DNA of 56,038 bases, counting the filler, from Sphacelaria rigidula (Eukaryota), in assembly GCA_964200075.2 (NCBI GenBank). It is 6 parts of 6 records of this genome, joined end to end, with 100 filler letters (N's around TTAATTAATTAA, not from the genome) between each part and the next. Parts side by side here need not be neighbours in the genome. Positions count along the whole stretch, not along the records: positions 18,715 to 27,970 come from CAXNAA020008905.1; positions 28,071 to 37,326 come from CAXNAA020008906.1; 4 more parts are not named here. One strand, written 5' to 3'. Position 1 is the first letter of the stretch, and each line of letters begins with the position of its first letter. The notes beneath the pieces are model-generated. The model was not told the DNA's origin, made no database searches, and saw only the letters and a program-made list of their open reading frames with translations. Shown piece after piece: positions 22,490 through 34,399 of this stretch. Made by a program: the position numbers and the translations under genes.

Positions 22490-24282
22490 TACGCATGTTG
22501 CGCGTTGGTCGTATTCACGTGCGTAGTGGTCCAGTGTACCATATACTTCTTAGCTCGTTCCCCTACGATCCGGTACCACTCGGAAAATATCTGGAGCAAT
22601 CTTTGTTCGTGGTACCGCATCTCTTCCGGAGGTAGAGTAATAGTCAGAGGCACGGTGTTGTGGGTCTTTTGCGGATTGGCCTCCCTTCCTCTTCCCCCCA
22701 ACCATTTCTCTGCGCATGATGATGTTGGGGAGGCGTACGTCATGCATGTGCACGACGCGGCCGGCGTACATAGAATGTGCTTCATCACGTTAGCCTCGAT
22801 GCAGTCGCAGCCAGTTCTTTCGGGGGCCTCATAGTATGGCATCATGTATTAGTCGGGAGCGCTCCGCGTTGAGGTGCTCTTTGAGGCACCTCAGCCGGAG
22901 CCTGCGGTGGGCTTGCCGCGAAACGCCAAGATAATCAGGCGAGAGAGTCCAGGTCACACAGCCGTATGGCATGACTTCGATCACTTCTGCCTTCAGGAAA
23001 CGAACCTTTTTTGCCAGGGCGACGTATGGGTTGTCGTATACCGATTTGCTTTATTTGACGGAGCACTTCCAGGCATGGTCGTTGCGGCGGTTGACCTCAG
23101 GGGTGACTTCGTCAATGCCGTTGATGACGCCACAGAGATAGATGAAAGACTCAACATTGCCGAACATTTGGCCTGCCGCCTCCACCTCAAGCACACCCAC
23201 CTTCTTCATGCTTGGTGAGCGCGTGTGCATGGCTTCCATATAATTTTCCGTCACGACGGGACCTCGTCTCGCAAAGACCTCGACGATGGCCGTCATCACC
23301 CTTGCCAGGCTCAGCGTCGTCGGCGTACAGCATAGTCAAAATGCACTTTACCAAGCTCGTTCCTGGTTATCCCACTCCTTGCAACGACGCAAATAAAATC
23401 GTCCATCATCACCTTATCGATCGACAAGAGATCGCAAGGAACAATATATTCAACAAAATCGGGGGCAATCACAGCCTTGGAGGAGGTCCTGGTTAAGGTC
23501 AAACCACTCAGAAGTCTCGCCGCTGTCGAGGTGCGCACACGCCCGCATGCTGTCGTGGAACTGACGGGTGGTATTCGGACGCATCGTGCTTCAGGTGCGT
23601 TGTCGGGGAGGGCAGGTGGCCGCACCAGGTCAATGTAGACCAAACACCATATATTACAATGTATTCATCACTTTTTCGGGTCATGGTAAAATTCTGAACA
23701 AAAACAATACCGTTATATCCGTATTTCCCCCGAAACGTCGTGATTCAACCTTCGGGAGAGGAGAGCGGTCACCTGAGTCGTACGCCTCCCGAAAGTCGAT
23801 GAAGTCCGCCTACAGCGATAGGTTTCTCTCCCTGCCCAGTTCTTGGAGTCTGCTCACAACGTACATCATGTCGACTGTCGACCGGCGGGGTCGAAAACCG
23901 CACTGAGCTTCTGGTAGGATTCCCGTACACTCACAGTTGGTGCTAAGGCGAATCGTAGTTACCTTGAGGACCACCATAATTACCCACGTGGACCTCTCGC
24001 GAAATATCGTGATAGTTGCTGCACTCGTTCGGACCATTTTTCTCGAACAGTACATCGATGATGATTGATTGATTGAGTGATTGATTGATTGATTGATTGA
24101 TTATGTCATAGCAGCTGATTGCAACAATCCAGACCGTGGTCAGGAGCAGCAAAAATAAAACAGAATAATGAAAAAAGAAAATGGAACAGAAAACGACAGA
24201 ATCAACGGCCTCAGAAAGGAAAGAAAGGGAGCAGCGATAACAACAAAAAACACCACCACCACCACCACCACCAACGACAACG

Positions 24283-24324
<42 letters not shown>

Positions 24325-25830
24325 GCAGCAGCAGCAGCAGCAGCAGCAATAACAACAAAAATAACGGCAAACACAGGCACGAACAACAACAAAAATATGA
24401 TGATCGCGCATTACGTAGCTGATTGCAACACTCCAGCTCGTGATCAGAAACAAAAAGGAGAAACAGGACACAAAATTAAAGAAAAATGATGTAATCTTTC
24501 CATTACTGTAACCCTACTTCCTTACGCCACACCATGACGACAATATTGTGGACGCCCTTCTCGAAGAGTCGTCGGTGAGGCCGCGCTTCAACAATTCACC
24601 ACACAGGTTGGCAATCCCAATGGCATCGCCATTCGCCATCTCGCCCACCGGTTCCATCACTTCTTTCATCAAGCATTTGGCCCCAGGCGGTGCGTGCTCC
24701 GGCGTCTGTCTGATGCATTCGATGACATAGGGGTCGAGGATAGGCGAAATTGCGTTCAAAAGGGTTTCATATCCCTTTTCCCACTGCTTAAGGAAAGCTT
24801 GCTTGTCCCGCAACAGCCCGCCAGACGCTCCTGATGTAAGGTGAGCCACGTCCCTCTTGCCTTCCAGTTCCAAGCACCTGATGTGTTGATACCGCGCTGT
24901 CTGGCCCTTCCTGTGGGTCAATTCCGCTGTCCTGGTGGTGAACTCGTGCGGGTGGTTCTGCAATTCAGCGTGCTTCACCCGCTTAAACGCCCAGTCCGTC
25001 ACCTTCAGCGCCTTTCTCAGGCCAGGGTCGTGGGTGCTGATGCATCATTCCTCCCATGCACGCTCCCTGGTGTTCCACGCCTGATGGAGGGATGCTTGAG
25101 CCATTGGCGGCTCACTGACACCTCTAGATGAGAGATTCTCTTCGGGTAAAGAGGGAGTGTATCCGCGGGCGTGTGGCGCATGGTGTGGGCGAAGGCAGAG
25201 GGTATAGTGTCAACGTCCAAGACCGCTAGAGAGTTGACGGCATTCGGAAGCTTAGCGACAAGGGCCTGCGACCCCGTCGTTCTCCAACGCCAGCCGACGT
25301 AAGGAGTTTCCGGTCAAAACTTACTCCGCCGCCCCCGCCTCCGGTTCTGGCCGACGGCCGTGTGCGCTCTGTCCGAAGAGACAGATGACGGCTGAAACTG
25401 GTCGATGGTCCGATTCCATCTCGGGGTGCACGGTAACGCTTCGAAGGGGTCTTCGCCTAGGATGTAATCACGATGTAATCAGGATGTAATCCAGTCGCCA
25501 GCGGTGTCCGCTGCTCGGCTCCCAGGGCGTGTACGAGGCTGAGCTTTCCCCACAAGTTCGCGTGCTGAAAAATGTGTTGGTGATTACCATCTCATGCTCT
25601 GGAGTGCATGTCAGCGATTGCATGCCATCGCCGCTGACGGTGTCTCTGCTTCATTATCCCAGGACCCGATCGTCTCCCAGGCCTCCTTCTCCCCCTTTCT
25701 TTCCGGCGCGAGCGTGCATTCGATGAGCATCAGGTGAACGTTGGTGGGTCCTCTAGCGATGGAACTACGAATTTTCTTCCGGGACTTGGTGTTGTCGGGG
25801 GTGGGTGCTGTTTAAGTAGATAGAGGAGAA
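22490..25830 (-). mobile_element. Decayed near full-length RTE-clade LINE (AP endonuclease + RT)
   Basis: Minus-strand motifs in order: APE (VITNTFF ~25580, RLDYIL ~25490, ESDHRPV ~25410), linker (TLLNAISPILDP..GELLK 24514-25002), RT (LPEAQCGFRPRRSTVDMMYVVSRLQELG, FIDFREAYDS, QDLLQGC, MLYADDA at ~23320, FIYLCG) and C-terminus (RLPNIIMRREMVGGKRKGG). Many stops and frameshifts. Confidence 0.9.
24058..24500 (-). mobile_element. (AATC)n-tailed retroposon 3' fragment with internal trinucleotide microsatellite, inserted in the LINE RT
   Basis: It interrupts the LINE between 24514 and 24055. The minus strand ends tgaccacggtctggattgttgcaatcagct...aatcaatcaatc. A compound CAC/CAA/CAG repeat occupies 24251-24360. 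Confidence 0.7.
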
Positions 25831-26807
25831 GTAAAGGCGATACCGTACAGTTACTGCTTGAGACTGCGAAAACATAGTTGCTTGATAACCCCGTGCGACT
25901 TGCAAGTGAGTTTATACAAATGAAATGCGTAGCCTAGAGAGGTGAATGGGAGAACCAGTAAGAATCACGTTGAAATGATGGAAAATCCCGGTGTGCCGTC
26001 ACGACGAGGACCTTGAGCTGGATGAAAGTGCGCACCAACAACAACTGCAAGCGAGGTGGGCCAGATTTTCGGTAAAGTGAATGGACGACTCTTGCAGGTT
26101 TCCTCGCACTTCCGTTTTCTGTCTCAAACGGTGGAAGAATGTTCATGGTTTTGCATTATTGTCATACAACACCCATCTGTGATATATTCAGACATGAATC
26201 TGGGATATCCATCTGAAACATCCATTTGTGACAAATCAGGCTCGAATAGTGTATTCCTAGGTAGCGTCCACGATTTTCTTCGCGTTTCTATTTTTCCCTT
26301 CCTGATGGTATGTTCGCCGGAAGCCACGTGACAGCGGGCAGCCATTGGCCCTTTTTAATGGTTCGTATTTTGTCACCATTTAAAAATTTCTATTGAGACC
26401 GGTTGTTTTGTGTTCTTATTCCACTTTCCATTCCTTCCCCTGTGGTTTTCCTGTATTTGTTTCCGTCTCATTTTTGTTGAGTTTGCTCCGTATGTTCTAT
26501 CGTTCTTTCGCAGTGTTGGTACCTTTTTTTCGGGTTTCTTCAAGGGTTAGTTTGAGCAGATACTTGTTTTGTGCGCAAATCATTACTCAGTTCAACTTAC
26601 AGGCAGCATTGCTTGTTTATAAAGAGCCGTCGATTTGCACAGGTTAAGAACATGTACAACTTGTACCCAATGATGGCTCTTCAAGCTGGTCCTCAACGGG
26701 TATTGTCGTTTTGTTTAGCTTCGGTATTTTTATATTTTGACCATGGCTAGATACCCGTGGATCAACTATTATTGTACGACACAGGTAAAGATGACATATA
26801 TTTCCAC

Positions 26808-26932
26808 CTAGGACATCCGTCTGGGATTTTTATCTCGGATATCCACGCCGACCTAGGATATCCATCTAGGATCTTTTATCCATCTGGGATATCCATGTGG
26901 GATGCACGTTCAACCTAGGACACACATCTATC
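26808..26932. repeat. Cluster of ggatatccatctggga-like short units
   Basis: About six degenerate copies. A related patch lies at 26170-26228. Confidence 0.55.
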
Positions 26933-27309
26933 GGGGGTATTGTGGTTCCCAGGGTTGTGGTTCAGGAGTGTGGGAGAGAGTCGCGTTGTCGCCGACACTA
27001 CCGAAAACGCTGCCCACGCCGGATGAGATTGTCGGTGGCACAGCTAGTGTATTGCCCGCACCCACCACAGCGCAGGCCACAGAGGTGGGTACCTGCGGCC
27101 GTACCGCTGAAGCGCCGGCACCAAGTATCGGTGACAAGTGTGGTGTGCAGGGATCGGCCAGGCTAACAGCAACTGCGATCGACAGCGTCGGGCACAGTTG
27201 TTAGAAGTGTTGACGATGGGTGACAAGCCACATCTATCGTTGAGGAAACTGTGGTCGACACTTACCGTCACCCTCAACCGCGGTGCCGCAACCTTTTTTT
27301 CTGTCGCAC

Positions 27310-27598
27310 TTCAAACCCTCCCCTTCCTCGGGATGAGTCCGTGGTCTCAAGGGATCAACCTATCTCTCCCCGGCACACGCCTTGCATTTTGGTCTCGCGG
27401 ATTGGATCATGACCAACACTTCCGCACCGCGTCAACTCACGTCAAACAAACTCCGTCGACTACTTTGTTTACTCACGTTCTCACGCTTTACACGGTGGAA
27501 ATCAGATACTACAAAGAAAAAACCCAACGCGTCGGGAATCAAACCCTTGTTCTCTCCACCTTAATGGCGACAGTCGGACCATTATATCACTGGGGCGC
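27310..27598 (-). mobile_element. tRNA-derived SINE family 1 copy
   Basis: Aligns over its length with 31230-31503. Minus-strand head gcgccccagtgatataatggtccgactgtcgcc...gggtttgattcccg. Confidence 0.8.
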
Positions 27599-27970
27599 GG
27601 CGGCAACTGTCGGCGACATTGTCGGAAACGGGTTCCTTCCCATGGACACATCCATGCAAGCTTAATAGGTGAGGCTGATGAAGAAAGTACCACAATGCAC
27701 GAACTACGCACAATCAGGCGGGGCGGCATTTTGAGAGAAGGCCGATGGGTGGGTCGGGAAAATGAACGATTCTGATGTGCCAATCATATGAAATTGCGTC
27801 GCCCAGAATCTCCCACCCGTGGGAGAGCGCACGTTATGAACGACAACGAATTGCAATAACAATAACACCCCCCCCCCTCCCCCCCGAAGGAACACACGCA
27901 TGAAGCGGTGTATAAGCCGTGGCTGTCTCTGGAAGTGGCGATACCACAGAAAAAGACAACTCATTATTGG

Positions 27971-28070
27971 NNNNNNNNNNNNNNNNNNNNNNNNNNNNNN
28001 NNNNNNNNNNNNNNTTAATTAATTAANNNNNNNNNNNNNNNNNNNNNNNNNNNNNNNNNNNNNNNNNNNN
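27971..28070. other. Artificial contig linker
   Basis: Same N44-TTAATTAATTAA-N44 structure. Confidence 0.98.
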
Positions 28071-30133
28071 TGTTGGTTTGTGGTAATGGTTGGTGTGGGT
28101 TGTGGATGGGTTGTGTTTAGGGGAGTGGGGTGGTGGGGGGGGTGTACTCATGATCATGCATATCATAGTCATAAGACTATTGAAAAAGGTCAGGAGAGGG
28201 GGAGACAACCCTACCCATTGCAATCTACCGGAGATAATTGCTCACGAAACGAGCACCGGTCAGGGTACGGGATGCTTCTCAGTGTATACCCCGTTTCACG
28301 CCAAAATTGTCCTTTTCATTGCCGAGGTTCCACGTCATAAGTATGGTTTAGTCAAAACACTACAACCGAATCACGCTTGCATAAAACAGTCCAATACGTC
28401 GTGCACAATGAACGCGAAAAACGGCGTGAAAAGGAAACGCGTTTTGAGCTTTGGGGTGGGGGATACACGAATATATTAGCTCGCGGCAGCACATGTTCAT
28501 GTTGTAGATCACCGCCTTCGCGAGTACGCCAATAATCAAACACAACGGACGCAAAAAATGAAGTGATACGGTAAGGTGTCTGGTGGTTTGGGGTAGGTAT
28601 TATAGTAGTCAGCATCAGAAGTTTTCAGAGTTCGTAGTTGTTCTATTTTTTTTTTGTTTTTCTGGAGCATCATTTTTCCCTACTACTTGAAAGTGCTAGC
28701 GCCGGTAGATTTAGGGAGAACGCGTAGGCTGCGCTCAAACTGCAGTGCTCGAGTTGGTGTTTTTGGGGCGATACGGACTTGATACCCCGTTTATCAGGAG
28801 TGTGCTATTGACCGTTTTTGGTCCAATATAAGCAGTTTTCCCGCTCTTTCTCTGGTGAAGTGACACAACAGTATGGAAAAAAAGGAAGGGCGCCGAAAGA
28901 GTTGGCATCAGCTACGAGCTCGACAGAGGAAGGATCAACATGCAGGGCGGTGCAGTGGTCTCCCGTAATCGGTATGCCAGACGGCCGTACCGGGGCGTCG
29001 AACATCCAGCAAGTCAGCGACGTCGCAACGGATCTTGCGGCTGGCGCGAACGCACGGTTGCGCTCGCAACGGACGGTGTCGCGGAGACCAAGGGTTGAAG
29101 GATGAAAGCATGCCGATCCAATAATGATACACCAACACCAAATATGCGATTGATTTTCAGTCGCAAGGAGGCGCTTTGTTTGCAATCGAACATTCATCGA
29201 CCTCTTGGTTTGATACCATGAAGGTTTACAATAGTTTCCCTGACCTCTAGACGCCGCTGAGGGGTAACGTACATTACCCGTATCGTCCGTGCGGAGTGAA
29301 CTATTATCGAGTATGTTCATTGGAGCGCTGCAAAGCGTTGAACGTGGAGGCTGGAGGAAATGAAGCCCATGTACATAAACGTGCACAATGCGCACGAAGC
29401 ACCGCACTGCTTGCTCGCGACATGACAAACGTACACGGGGTAAAGTCTCACCATGTGGTAGTGCCTTGCTCCATCTCAGGGGTGTGCATGTGTATGGTGG
29501 CTATTGCGGCGTGAATGCAACCGTCGGTATTTTTCCTCGAGGAGCTCTCACCACAAGGGCCGCCGTTTTTCGACTGAAAGGACCACCACGGAACACAAAA
29601 GCCACAGGATGGACGATTGTTAGTACTGACCGCGGAGGGGGGATGGGGGTTGGGTGTATGCAGGGGGGGGGGGGGGCGTACTCATTCGTTGCTTGCCTTC
29701 ATCGTTTGACCAATTACCACCCATCCCTTTCGAGACGAAGTAAGCGGGGGGGGGGGGGGGGGGGGGGGGAGAAGGTCCCAGAAAAATTCATCGTATTTCA
29801 CAGAAAAGGTCGCCTCAGCCCCACCTCTCCTGACCCCCCAAACAGTGAGCCCACAATGATACATATAGCGATACAGACGCTAATTCGTTCTCAATTCACG
29901 TGAACAGACCTTGGCGTATCTACAGTAGTGTGAGCAAAATTGATGCTGTCTTCCACTTTGCCTCCTCCCCCGACGATGGTGATGACCTCTGCACAGCACA
30001 AACTAAGGGTTCAGTCACGAACGGTTCGACGGTTTACAACAAAATAAATGCCAGTGCACTAATCAAGGCGAACATGTCCCTCGAATAGGTTAACGTTGCG
30101 CCACCGTCAGGCGGACCTAATCTTCATCCTCAC

Positions 30134-30505
30134 CTTGCACTGAATTAATATGCGGCTGCCGCTGCTGCTGTAGAACTTGACGTGCGCCCACCCCCCAATA
30201 ACGGTGCGATTGAACTTCGTGCAGTCCCTCACGGCAAACCAACCGGTGTCCCCCAGGCGCACAAGCAACGGAACGCCTTCTTCCTCGGCCGCACTTATGC
30301 GTTCGCGAATACGTCTCAACGTGTTTTTATTCAAACTCCCTGCTGGCAGACTTTTCAACACACTTTCTAATTCCGCCCCTTCGGTGAACACCGGAGTCGC
30401 TGCTTCTATCCGATCTGCCTGGTGCACCGCCTGTGCATGAGTGCAACGGACCGGGAGTGCGGCGTCCGTATCGCCGCCATCGTTCGCCGCGCGGAGGTGC
30501 TCGAC
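30134..30505 (-). CDS. Probable coding exon of an unknown protein
   Basis: Protein-like, GC-rich part of ORF 30107..30670 (ELESVLKSLPAGSLNKNTLRRIRERISAAEEEG...), ending at a plausible AAG|GTGAGG donor. The 5' boundary is uncertain. Confidence 0.4.
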
Positions 30506-31057
30506 TTTGCTAGATAAGTTCGTCGAGCGAGCGGGGGTAGAGAGTGTATACCAGTTGCAGAAGTAAACGAGTGTTCCGGTGACTGTACCATGAATATAGA
30601 GGTCAAAACTCGAAACAAAACAAATTCGATTGTTGTTGAAGGCGATTTTTCCCGCTTCTTCGATTTCCACAACTCATCACGATTTCTGTTTGATTCCAAA
30701 CTATCGGAATCAAGAGACATGAGCACCCGGCATGAGTTTCCACACGTCGGACAACTCATGAGCTACCAAATTGTTACTTCTTATTTTGTACTGATCTAGA
30801 TCATGAGCTATTATTAATAGCTTATTTGGACCCTATTCCTACATTTGCCCCGTACAGCGCTGGACGCCGAGGACGCGGAGTAGCTCAAAGGTGGCAATGT
30901 GGCACCCCCTCGTCACGTATTTAATGTTCTTGGACGAGCGATCTGAGAGTCTTCGTGGATCCTCTAGGGTAGCTCATGACCTGTCCGACGCGCGCAAGTT
31001 TCGAAACCCTGAAACACCCCTTAATAGTTAGACCGCCCACTACTGAATAGGAGAATA

Positions 31058-31917
31058 CAGTAGTGGGCGGTCTAACTATTAAGGGGTGTTTTGGGGTTTT
31101 CCTCGCGTACTACTCTTCGATAAAACTTGAAATTGCTAGCGTCGATAGATTTTGGTACAACAAAACAGATCATCTTCGAAACACAGTACCCAAGTCAGTG
31201 TGTGTGTGTGTTTTTTCTCCTCACACTTTGAACCCCTTCCTTCCTCGGGATGAGTCCGTAGTCTCAAGGGATCAACCTATCTCTCCCCCGGTACGTGCCT
31301 TTCATTTTGATCTCGCGGGTTGGATCAGCACTCCCGCACCACGTCGACTCACGTCACACAAATCCAGTCGACTACTTTTGCTTACTCACGCTTTCCACAG
31401 TAAAAACCATACATTTCGAAGAAAAATACCCAGCGCATCGGGAATCGAACCCCCGTTCTCTCCACCCTCATGGCGACAGTCGGATCATTACACCACCGGG
31501 GCGCAGCGCGTTAGTTGGTGTTATCGGGCGAAACGAGTAAATACCCCATTTTCCAGGAGGGTGTTATTGACCGTGAAACACAGTTTTTCGGTCCTAGTGC
31601 ACTAAGTAGGCAGAATTTGAAAAAAATTAAACCGTACACTTCTTTACAAATATGATCGGGACGGGCTCGATCGACGGAAATTATAAGAGAGTAAGAATCT
31701 GGCCTGAAACGTGGCAGGACCCCCGATGACCGGTCAGCCCGTAAGTCAATCAATATTGAGTACAGATGGTTTTTCTTCCTGGAATGTGGAGCGGACACAA
31801 ATATCTGCAGATCCCCGATGTGATAAAGGGTGGCGAGCGAAAGGAGCCCAAGAAAATCACCAATTACGAAAAAAACACAAAATGTCACAAAATGATTAGT
31901 TAGACCGCCCACTACTG
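31058..31917. mobile_element. Tc1/mariner(pogo)-type MITE with TA target-site duplication
   Basis: TA|CAGTAGTGGGCGGTCTAACTA ... TAGTTAGACCGCCCACTACTG|TA, a perfect 21-bp TIR starting CAGT. No coding capacity. Contains a SINE. Confidence 0.85.
31198..31503 (-). mobile_element. tRNA-derived SINE family 1 copy nested in a MITE
   Basis: Head cccggTGGTGTAATGatcc...GGTTCGATTCCcg (A and B boxes), shared ~290-bp body, and a (CA)n 3' tail on the minus strand. Confidence 0.85.
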
Positions 31918-32557
31918 TATGTTTCGACCAACTTTGAAAAGATGCGGGCTCACCCGTCTTCGGGGGTCCTAAGAATGTACAGCCCCCGGATCTCTCTCTT
32001 AGATATTTTCGCTCGACCGAAAATTCATGCGGGTCGTTATATAACACAATTTTGTGCCTTCAGTCTTTCATTTTTCTTGATATTCATTGCGCGACAGCCG
32101 AAAAACAGTATCTTCAAGTCATGTAGAGTCAGTAACAACCCCTCAATGAACGGGTTTTTACTCCGTATCGCCCCGACACCACAAAATCGGGGAATGTGTC
32201 CTGGGAACGACTTGCCTCATTTCCAACGCCTATCGACTCTCTAACTCTCGAGTGAAGGTGGAAAATTGTCTGTGAAAAAAGTCCCGATTGAGTGAGAACC
32301 ATATTCAAAGTTTGACTACTGCAACAGTCTCTACTGAGCACAAGTGTTTTCACAGTATTTTGGCATACGAAAAAGCACATATAATACAAAAATTATTCCC
32401 CACGGAACGCTCTGAGGAATGACGAGGATTTGCGTTGTAATCTCACCGTCTGCAATCTGCCCGTGAGCACATGAATGTCTTGTCATCCTTCCCCTTGATC
32501 ACCCCTACTCGGAGGCCGCTCGTCGACGTACATACGGAGTACGTGGTAGGGTACACG

Positions 32558-34028
32558 TCAGGCGCGACTGCAATGCCCCCTCCCAGCGGGGCTGTCACCG
32601 TCACTGGGGGCGGACGGGTCTTCGTTGGTTTCGGAAGTTCGATAACGCTGATCTTCACGGTACGCGCCTTCGCTTGTTCCGATCGCGATAACGAAGTCGT
32701 CGGCACTCTTGCCCGCGATTTTCTGATGTGGCCGGCAGCGGTGTGATACGGACATATTGAACGGGCGGGTATAACGGTCAGTTACGGCACGTTTTCTGGC
32801 GGCAAAATAGCGAGGACAGGAACACCTGTCATACGTGTTACTGCAATACGGCGTTGAATACCCCTCATGTTTACTGCGTTGTCCCCCCTCACCTTTGGAA
32901 CACGCACGGCCCTCTGGTGTGCACGCAGCAGATGAAGTCGTCATTCACAGCGTTTCCAGCGTTCTCTTCCGCACCCCCAGCACGCTGCCATTTTTCAAGG
33001 CATTTCCTGCACACCCAGTAGTGGCAACGTTTTCCCTTTCCATCCGCATTCTCCTGGCCGCGGCACAAAGCCTTTGCTTCAGGTTTCACCCTTCCTTTTT
33101 GATTCCTACACCCATGGCAAGTTTTGGCTCGATTGGTTAGCATTCCTTTCCGCTTCCCCGGCCGCGATCTACAAGCGGATTGGGTCCGCGGGCATTTTTC
33201 ACTGTCCTGGGATGAAACGGTGTCATCGGAACCAGCGGTTGCTTCCAATGCTCTCGTGTCCGCCACTCCTCCAGCGTTCGATCCTCCAGATTGCCTATAG
33301 CCTTCTGCCATGCCGGCTGCTATTTTCTCACCAGGGTCGTCGTATGTGGTGCCACTTGCGCCCATGCTCAGCACTCGCGGTTGATAATCACCCGCAAAAG
33401 AACGAACAGCATTGACGATATCCGGGTACTGCCACATACTCGGCCTCCTTGCACCTCCAGAGCGTACACCAACAGCGGATACGGTGCACGGTGACACTGT
33501 TGCCTTATGACGAACCCTTGCATCCCCAGCAGGGCCAGAGACAGTGTCCGGGGAAATTGGCGCCCTTTCCCGGATCCTTATCCTTGAGTCCCTGCAAGAA
33601 CCTGAAACAGCGCCCATGGACCCTGGAGCTCCAACACTTCTATACCCAACGCGGGAAACAGTGCCGCTGGTCACCGGCGCTTCATTCCGCCCCCTTCTAC
33701 CCACCGAATGTCCGAAGACGATGCTTGGGGAAATCGACGCCCTCTTCGCGACCCTTGCGTCCAAACAAGGACCACAGACAGTGTCCGGGGACGCTGGTGC
33801 TCCTATATGTCTACAGCCAACGCGGGAAACAGTGCCGCTGGCCACCGGCGCGCCATTCGCTCCCCTTCTACCCATCGAAAGGCCCGAGACATTCCCCGGG
33901 AAAATAGGCGCCCTCTTCCCAACCCTTGCGTCCGAACAAGGACCATAGACAGTGTCTGGGGACGCTGGTGCTCCTACCCTTGCACCATGACCAGGATGTG
34001 CCTCTTCCTTCTTCGTCTCGTTGTCAAC
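32558..34028 (-). CDS. Unknown protein with 57-aa tandem repeats and a zf-4CXXC_R1-like Cys/His finger (partial gene)
   Basis: Exon 34028-32893 (acceptor ttcag|GTT), a predicted 67-nt intron 32892-32826, then an exon from 32825. Spliced: KTCHGCRNQK..ALC..KRCHYWVCRKCLEKW..FICCVHTRGPCVFQRCSCPRY. Confidence 0.55.
33460..33985 (-). repeat. 171-bp in-frame higher-order repeat (~3 copies, each made of three 17-20-aa subunits)
   Basis: gtgtc.ggggacgctggtgctcc occurs at 33781 and 33952, 171 nt apart. The protein repeats GAPASPDTV.GPC.DARV.KRA.I.P..V.G.S.GRRG.N.APV.SGTVSRVG.R. Confidence 0.9.
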
Positions 34029-34399
34029 CTGAAGATATGAAAAAAGCGGCGGCGCAATGGTGACCGATTCGTGGCGGAACGCTTTTGACGGTCTCATGTA
34101 CACAGAATCTATGTCATGCGCATTGCCCCCTGACCTGTGCCACGTTGACACACGTTTTTGTTCATCTTCTCAACATGTGTTACGAGCAGTTGCAACCACA
34201 TGTGTTCGCATTAAAGCAGTGAACGGTGACGATGATAGTGAGAGATGTTGGCCGGCCTATAACTGAGTTCGACATTCTGAAATATTCAAATGACACCATC
34301 GATGTACTCGAGGGTATTCCCGCCATATTCAATGGGTCGACAGCCAAGATACATGAGCACCGGTGATGCGTCATGGCTCATGGCACAGTTTGAATAAAA

